DNA from: Bdellovibrio sp.
GTDB lineage: Bacteria > Bdellovibrionota > Bdellovibrionia > Bdellovibrionales > Bdellovibrionaceae
Direction of reading: 5' to 3'
Length of the DNA: 30,459 nt
Assembly (NCBI GenBank): GCA_046318155.1
Contig: JBKCUU010000055.1
Coordinates: 1 to 30,459 of the forward strand
Under the pieces are notes generated by a model. It saw only the letters and a list, made by a program, of their open reading frames with translations, was not told where the DNA came from and did no database searches. Position numbers and translations under genes: made by a program. Position 1 is the stretch's first letter; each line of letters starts with the position of its first letter. This document shows positions 25,509 through 30,459 of this stretch, piece by piece.

Positions 25509-26918
25509 TTACGACTGACCATTCGGCAGTTTTTGGTGTGATCCGGCACCAAAACGCTCGGCACAGACTTTTTGCCGGTAAGAAAAAATCTCCTCAACAT
25601 CCTTAGAAACCATCCAACCCGAGGCCAACCACCCCGGCCAGCTCAGCGGAACTTTGTAGCGCACCAAATCCGTCATCAATGTCCCACCCGCGAGAGGTTC
25701 GAACGTATGTGTATGGTGCCACTTGGTATAAGGCCCTTTTAACTGTGTGTCCACAAAGCGTTGGCTTGGTGTCCACTCTTCGATCCGCGTCCGCCAGCTC
25801 ACCGGAACGCCGTGAATTTTGAGTCGATAATCAATCAAAGTCCCCTCGCCGATTTCCGGCGTCGAAACTTTTTGAATTTTGAAATTCAAAAGCGGCGGCG
25901 TGATCTCTTCTAAGTTTTTGGCATCGGCAAAAAACGGAAAAACCTGATCGGCCTTTAGGGGCAAGTACTGACGGGCTCTAAAGATCATTTCGCCATTCAC
26001 AAAAAACGACGCAACCTCGGCCAGCGCGTTTTTCAAACGTGGGTAATGAAAATGAAATCCCCATTTCTCAAGCAAAGCAGGTTGAACGCGCTGAGACGCC
26101 AACACGACATAAGACATTTCGCCAAGCGCGGCCTTAAGTCCAAATGCCGGCACGGCGGGGCCCGTTGACTTCCCGAGCGCGGCGGCCAGCTGCTTTGAAA
26201 ACTCGGCATTTGTGACCAACTCGGGTGCCGTCGCATTGATGACCCCGCGAAAACGCTCGTCTTTAACGGCCGTCGCAAAAATTTGAACCACATCTTGCAA
26301 ATGGATCCAGCTCATCCACTGCGCCCCCGAACCCATTGATCCGCCAAGCCCCAACCTGAACGGCGTCAGCATTTTTAGCAGCGCACCGCCGAAGGCCGAG
26401 AGGACAACCCCTAAACGGAGCGCACAAACGCGGACCTCGGGCTGACTTTGCGTGATCGAAAAGACCGAGTTCTCCCATTGCACACAAACATCAGACAAGA
26501 AATCAGAACCCGCCTTGGAGTCCTCGGTCATCACTTCATCACCACGATCACCATAAAATCCGACAGCAGAAGCCGAAACAAAAACACGCAAGCTTGAACT
26601 CTGAGACGGAAAACTGGCGATCAAGTTCTTGGTTCCGACGACGCGAGAATCCATGATTTTATTTTTTTGCGATTCGCTCCAGCGGCCAGCAGCGACCGAC
26701 TCCCCCATCAGATGAACAACACCCTCGATCTGCGCCAAACTGCCATCTGACAGTGGACCTTGAGTGAGGTCCCCCACAATGACCTGGGCCGGAAAAGGGA
26801 GCCCCAGAGCCGTCTCTTTTTGACGAGAAACCACCCAGATTTCGTGTCCTTGACGCACCAACTCGAGACCCAATTCTCGGCCAATAAACCCGGACGCGCC
26901 TGTCATCAGAAGCTTCAT
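25509..26918 (-). CDS. TIGR01777 (YfcH-like) NAD-dependent epimerase fused to an SRPBCC domain
   Basis: TGASGFIG; SASAVGFYG; LRLGVVL; QWMSWIH; C-terminal VFPFFADAKNLEEITPP...FVDTQLKGPY..WHHTHTF. Confidence 0.92.
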   Translation of the reverse strand: MKLLMTGASGFIGRELGLELVRQGHEIWVVSRQKETALGLPFPAQVIVGDLTQGPLSDGSLAQIEGVVHLMGESVAAGRWSESQKNKIMDSRVVGTKNLIASFPSQSSSLRVFVSASAVGFYGDRGDEVMTEDSKAGSDFLSDVCVQWENSVFSITQSQPEVRVCALRLGVVLSAFGGALLKMLTPFRLGLGGSMGSGAQWMSWIHLQDVVQIFATAVKDERFRGVINATAPELVTNAEFSKQLAAALGKSTGPAVPAFGLKAALGEMSYVVLASQRVQPALLEKWGFHFHYPRLKNALAEVASFFVNGEMIFRARQYLPLKADQVFPFFADAKNLEEITPPLLNFKIQKVSTPEIGEGTLIDYRLKIHGVPVSWRTRIEEWTPSQRFVDTQLKGPYTKWHHTHTFEPLAGGTLMTDLVRYKVPLSWPGWLASGWMVSKDVEEIFSYRQKVCAERFGAGSHQKLPNGQS

Positions 26919-26967
26919 GGAGAACCGCCTTTCTTCTAGATTTTAAGTTTATGATAAATTAAACTTT

Positions 26968-28365
26968 ATGTCTATGGGCGAAGAAAAAAAGCAAGAAAAG
27001 AAGCTCGAAAAAATCAAGTCTTCTGTCTTTTCCCGCAGTCTTGCTCTTGCGAAACTCACGATGAGTACGAGCGCCCACCTCGCTGGCCATGGCGCAAGCA
27101 CCCTTCTTTCAAGTCAAGAAGCCAAATCTGAAAAGTGGAAGTCTTTTTTAAAAGGTCGCGCCCTTGAATTCTCGGCCGAACTCGGCGAACTCAAAGGCAG
27201 TTTGATGAAGGCCGGTCAGATGCTGTCGATGTACGGCGAACATTTTCTGCCAAGCGAAGCCAACGAGCTTCTCAAAAGTCTGCAGTCTCAATCTCCGCCG
27301 CTGTCTTGGGCTGCCATCGAGCCTGTGATCAAAGCAAACTTAAGTTCCGACAAATTAGCCCAGCTGGAGATTGAGCACGAAGCCATTGGCTCTGCCTCAT
27401 TGGGTCAAGTGCACCGGGCAACAATTAAAGCAACCGGCGAACAAATTGTTCTCAAAATTCAGTACCCCGGCGTCGATAAGGCCATCGATAGCGATCTTAA
27501 AGCGATCAAATCTTTTTTAAGCCTGATCAAGGTTTTGCCTCGCGGCGTTTCGACCGATCACATTTTTGCTGAAGTTCGAGAGATGCTGGTACAAGAAACG
27601 GATTACATTCGTGAAGCCGAAGAGACCAAGCGCTACCGCGAACGCTTGCGAGATGATGACCGTTTCATTGTCCCTCGAGTTTTTGACGAGTATTGCGGGC
27701 CCCGCGTTTTAGCCACCAGCTTTGAAAAAGGCATTGCTCCCGATGACAAACTGGTCTTGTCACTGACGCAAGAGCGGCGCAATCAACTGGCCACAAGTTT
27801 CTTGGATCTTTATATGACCGAACTGTTTGACTGGGGCATCGTGCAAACAGATCCCCATCTTGGTAATTACCGAGTGAGACTCTCACCGGCCGGCAAAGAT
27901 CAACTGGTGCTCCTGGATTTTGGCGCCGTTCGCACCTACCCCGAGGACTTCTTAGTCCCCTACCGCCGCATGATCAGGGCTGCGCTCGAAAACAATCGGC
28001 CCGAACTCAATGCGGCCGCGTTGACCCTGAAGTTTTTGGACCCCAAAGACTCGGCCGCCTTGATCGAGTGCTTTGCAGAATTTTGCGTCGGAACGACCGA
28101 ACCTTTTATGACACCCGAAGACTCGCGCAACCGCGGACAAATCAGCGCGGCTGGCGAGTATGACTGGAAAAACTCGGACCTGCCACAGCGGCTCACCAAA
28201 GCGGCCTTTGAAATCCTCCAGAAGTTTCCGCTCCGCACACCGCCGCGAGAAATTCTGTTCTTAGACCGCAAAACGGGCGGCGTTTTTATCTTTTTGTCGG
28301 TGCTTGGCGCCAAGATTAACGGCCGCCCCTCCTTGGTCAATAAACTCAATAAAAAACCAAGTTAA
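26968..28365 (+). CDS. AarF/UbiB/ABC1-family atypical kinase
   Basis: LKGSLMKAGQMLS; SASLGQVH; KIQYPGV; QTDPHLGNY; LLDFG. Confidence 0.93.
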   Translation: MSMGEEKKQEKKLEKIKSSVFSRSLALAKLTMSTSAHLAGHGASTLLSSQEAKSEKWKSFLKGRALEFSAELGELKGSLMKAGQMLSMYGEHFLPSEANELLKSLQSQSPPLSWAAIEPVIKANLSSDKLAQLEIEHEAIGSASLGQVHRATIKATGEQIVLKIQYPGVDKAIDSDLKAIKSFLSLIKVLPRGVSTDHIFAEVREMLVQETDYIREAEETKRYRERLRDDDRFIVPRVFDEYCGPRVLATSFEKGIAPDDKLVLSLTQERRNQLATSFLDLYMTELFDWGIVQTDPHLGNYRVRLSPAGKDQLVLLDFGAVRTYPEDFLVPYRRMIRAALENNRPELNAAALTLKFLDPKDSAALIECFAEFCVGTTEPFMTPEDSRNRGQISAAGEYDWKNSDLPQRLTKAAFEILQKFPLRTPPREILFLDRKTGGVFIFLSVLGAKINGRPSLVNKLNKKPS

Positions 28366-29331
28366 TTAGGTCGAAGAGGTGACGTGCGTCGGATCAAAAC
28401 AAAGATTCCCCGCTTGCTCGAACTCGATCGTCACCTCGGCAATTTGAAACTTTTCGCGAAGACCTTTTTTAATCTCTTGCTTCAAAGTTTCGGCCTGAGC
28501 CCAAGTCACACTGGCATTCACCACAATGTGAGTTGTTAAAATGTGAGCCTCACCATCAAGCGACCAAACATGAGTGTGATGCACGTCTTCGACACCCGCC
28601 AATGTTTGCATCCAATTTTGTGCCTCACCCGTTTGTAAATGCTCGGGACTCGCCTGCAAAAAAACGACAAGGGTTTGCTTTAAGTGCTTAACGACATTCC
28701 ACAACACCCAGCCCGAGAGCAAAAGCGCCATCAAGGGATCAATCCAGGGCCAATCACCCAACAGCATGATCACCGAACCGACAAGCACAAGAACCCATCC
28801 CGTGAGATCTTCAATAAAGTGCCAGCTCAGCATGCGCTCATTCAGCGACGAACCTTTGGATAACCGATAAAAGGCGATCCCGTTTACGACGATGCCAAAA
28901 AAAGCCAAGCCCAACATTCCCGTGGCATTGACAGGCTCGGGATTGAAAAGGCGCGGCACCGAAGCGATGACGATCCAAATCGAACCCACGGCAAGAATGA
29001 CGCCCGTGACAAAAGCTGAAAAGACCGAGAAGCGCCGGTAACCGTAGGTATAAAACGCATCGCTTTTTTGCCGCGACTTTTTCTCGAGCCACCACGCCAT
29101 ACCGAGTGCGAGCGAATCGCCAAAATCGTGTAAGGCATCAGATAAGATTGCCATCGAGTTGGTCAGAATTCCGCCCACGAGCTCGATCACGGCAAAGCCT
29201 AGATTCAGCGCAAACGCGGTCCCAACCCGGCCAGGCGCTGCATGATGATGGTGATGCCCGTGTCCGTGCCTGTGACCATGCGCATGATCATGCTTGCAGT
29301 TCTGATGAGACGTTCCGTCGTGAGGAGTCAT
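28366..29331 (-). CDS. Cation diffusion facilitator (CzcD/ZitB-like) with a His-rich N-terminus
   Basis: HDHAHGHRHGHGHHHHH; ILSDALHDFGD; YTYGYRR; WHFIED; HHTHVWSL. Confidence 0.93.
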   Translation of the reverse strand: MTPHDGTSHQNCKHDHAHGHRHGHGHHHHHAAPGRVGTAFALNLGFAVIELVGGILTNSMAILSDALHDFGDSLALGMAWWLEKKSRQKSDAFYTYGYRRFSVFSAFVTGVILAVGSIWIVIASVPRLFNPEPVNATGMLGLAFFGIVVNGIAFYRLSKGSSLNERMLSWHFIEDLTGWVLVLVGSVIMLLGDWPWIDPLMALLLSGWVLWNVVKHLKQTLVVFLQASPEHLQTGEAQNWMQTLAGVEDVHHTHVWSLDGEAHILTTHIVVNASVTWAQAETLKQEIKKGLREKFQIAEVTIEFEQAGNLCFDPTHVTSST

Positions 29332-29396
29332 CAATCATTTGTCTCTCGCCCGGGGTTCTTTTGTCAAAGCCCGAGGTCTATGTTAGCCGTTTGCTT

Positions 29397-30323
29397 ATGA
29401 AAAAAGCGCTGTGGATCACCTTATTCTATACATTGCTCGTCATCGTTTGGGGGGCATGGGTTCGGATTTCACATTCGGGTGATGGCTGCGGCGCCTCTTG
29501 GCCCTTTTGTCACGGCGTTGTCATCCCAATGGGTCACGGCAAAAAAACGTGGATCGAATTCACTCACCGCCTGATGAGCGGCGCTTACGGGATTTTGATT
29601 TTGGGACTTACGCTCCAGATGCTTCGCAAAACGACCCAAGCTTCGGCCAAGGCTCAGCTTTGGATGAAGCTCACCCTGCTGTTTACCATCACTGAGGCTC
29701 TCCTGGGCGCCAAGCTGGTGCTCTTTGGGTTGGTCGGCAGCAACGATACTCCCCACAGGGCCTTCGTGATGAGTCTGCATTTTCTCAATTCATTGTTTCT
29801 CACCGGCAGCTTGACGCTGACCGTACTTTACTTCGAAAACAAAAATCTGCTCACGCGTGATCTCAACAAAATAAAGGGTTTGTCCGAGCGCCTGCTCAAA
29901 CGCATTCCCCCCTGGTCGATGGGACTCTTTCTTTTGATCGGAATGACGGGCACCATCGCGGCACTGTCGAACACGCTCTACCCGGCCGACTCACTCATCC
30001 AAGGCTTGATGCAAGACCTCGACAGCAGCTCGCACTACCTGGTCCGGCTGCGCGGACTTCACCCAACACTGGGGTTGCTGATTGGCATCGGAATGACGGT
30101 CTTTTTTTATTTAATTTCAGAGTATCTGGAACAAAGCGAGGCGGTGCTAAAAAAACGCAGCTTCGCTTTGAGCCTCGCCTTTGCAACGGTCGTGATTTTG
30201 GGAACGCTCACCATTTTGACGGGAGCAGTGGTTGCACTGAAGCTCACGCATTTGCTCGCCGCCCACGGTCTGTGGATCACCCTCTTGATGTTTTGGCACG
30301 CGCTGAGGTACCGGATCCACTAG
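29397..30323 (+). CDS. ctaA: Heme A synthase (COX15/CtaA family)
   Basis: GAWVR...SGDGCG..WPFCHG; IEFTHRL; further His residues in TM helices. True start probably ATG 29397, since the longer ORF overlaps the CDF gene. Confidence 0.88.
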   Translation: MKKALWITLFYTLLVIVWGAWVRISHSGDGCGASWPFCHGVVIPMGHGKKTWIEFTHRLMSGAYGILILGLTLQMLRKTTQASAKAQLWMKLTLLFTITEALLGAKLVLFGLVGSNDTPHRAFVMSLHFLNSLFLTGSLTLTVLYFENKNLLTRDLNKIKGLSERLLKRIPPWSMGLFLLIGMTGTIAALSNTLYPADSLIQGLMQDLDSSSHYLVRLRGLHPTLGLLIGIGMTVFFYLISEYLEQSEAVLKKRSFALSLAFATVVILGTLTILTGAVVALKLTHLLAAHGLWITLLMFWHALRYRIH

Positions 30324-30325
30324 CA

Positions 30326-30370
30326 GGCCGGTGAAAAATCTGGCCTACGGCCGATTTTTCTGACCGGGCC
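30326..30370 (+). terminator. Long imperfect hairpin just after ctaA
   Basis: CCGGT-GAAAAATC-T-GGCC-TAC-GGCC-GATTTTTC-TG-ACCGG; no canonical U tail. Confidence 0.45.
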
Positions 30371-30459
30371 GTCTTCCGTACGCCTTCAGCGTGCAGAATA
30401 TTTCAAAATTTTCGAATTATTTAGGATTTTATTTATATCGAACTCGAACGATCTTGAGG

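Noticed and set aside
29106..29396. 97-aa N-terminal extension of CtaA
   Set aside because: It is largely the antisense of the CDF gene start; the CtaA-like sequence begins at ATG 29397.

Overview
Chromosomal window in the standard genetic code. The gene content (many secreted hypothetical proteins and lipoproteins, a lytic transglycosylase, sigma54 signalling) suggests a Bdellovibrionota-like predatory bacterium; this is an inference. Recognisable genes: a DsbD/ScsB-type membrane electron transporter with a redoxin partner, an alpha/beta hydrolase, an SLT lipoprotein, three histidine kinases, an NtrC-type sigma54 response regulator split by a frameshift in a C run, lipocalin, PPK2, NnrD, a HemG-like flavodoxin, a TIGR01777-SRPBCC fusion, an AarF/UbiB kinase, a CDF metal transporter and CtaA. 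Several broken gene fragments lie between them. Main finding: two purine (guanine-type, C74) riboswitch aptamers on the minus strand, about 10.4 kb apart and showing covariation. Each has its P1 helix overlapping the ribosome-binding site of a signal-peptide-bearing putative nuclease, and the two nucleases have unrelated folds (HNH-like and PD-(D/E)XK). This suggests purine-sensing control of exported nucleic-acid-degrading enzymes. Second finding: an unannotated stand-alone transcription unit with its own promoter, encoding an 18-aa Lys/Ala peptide inside a structured RNA. I saw no tRNA, rRNA, CRISPR array or intact transposase.
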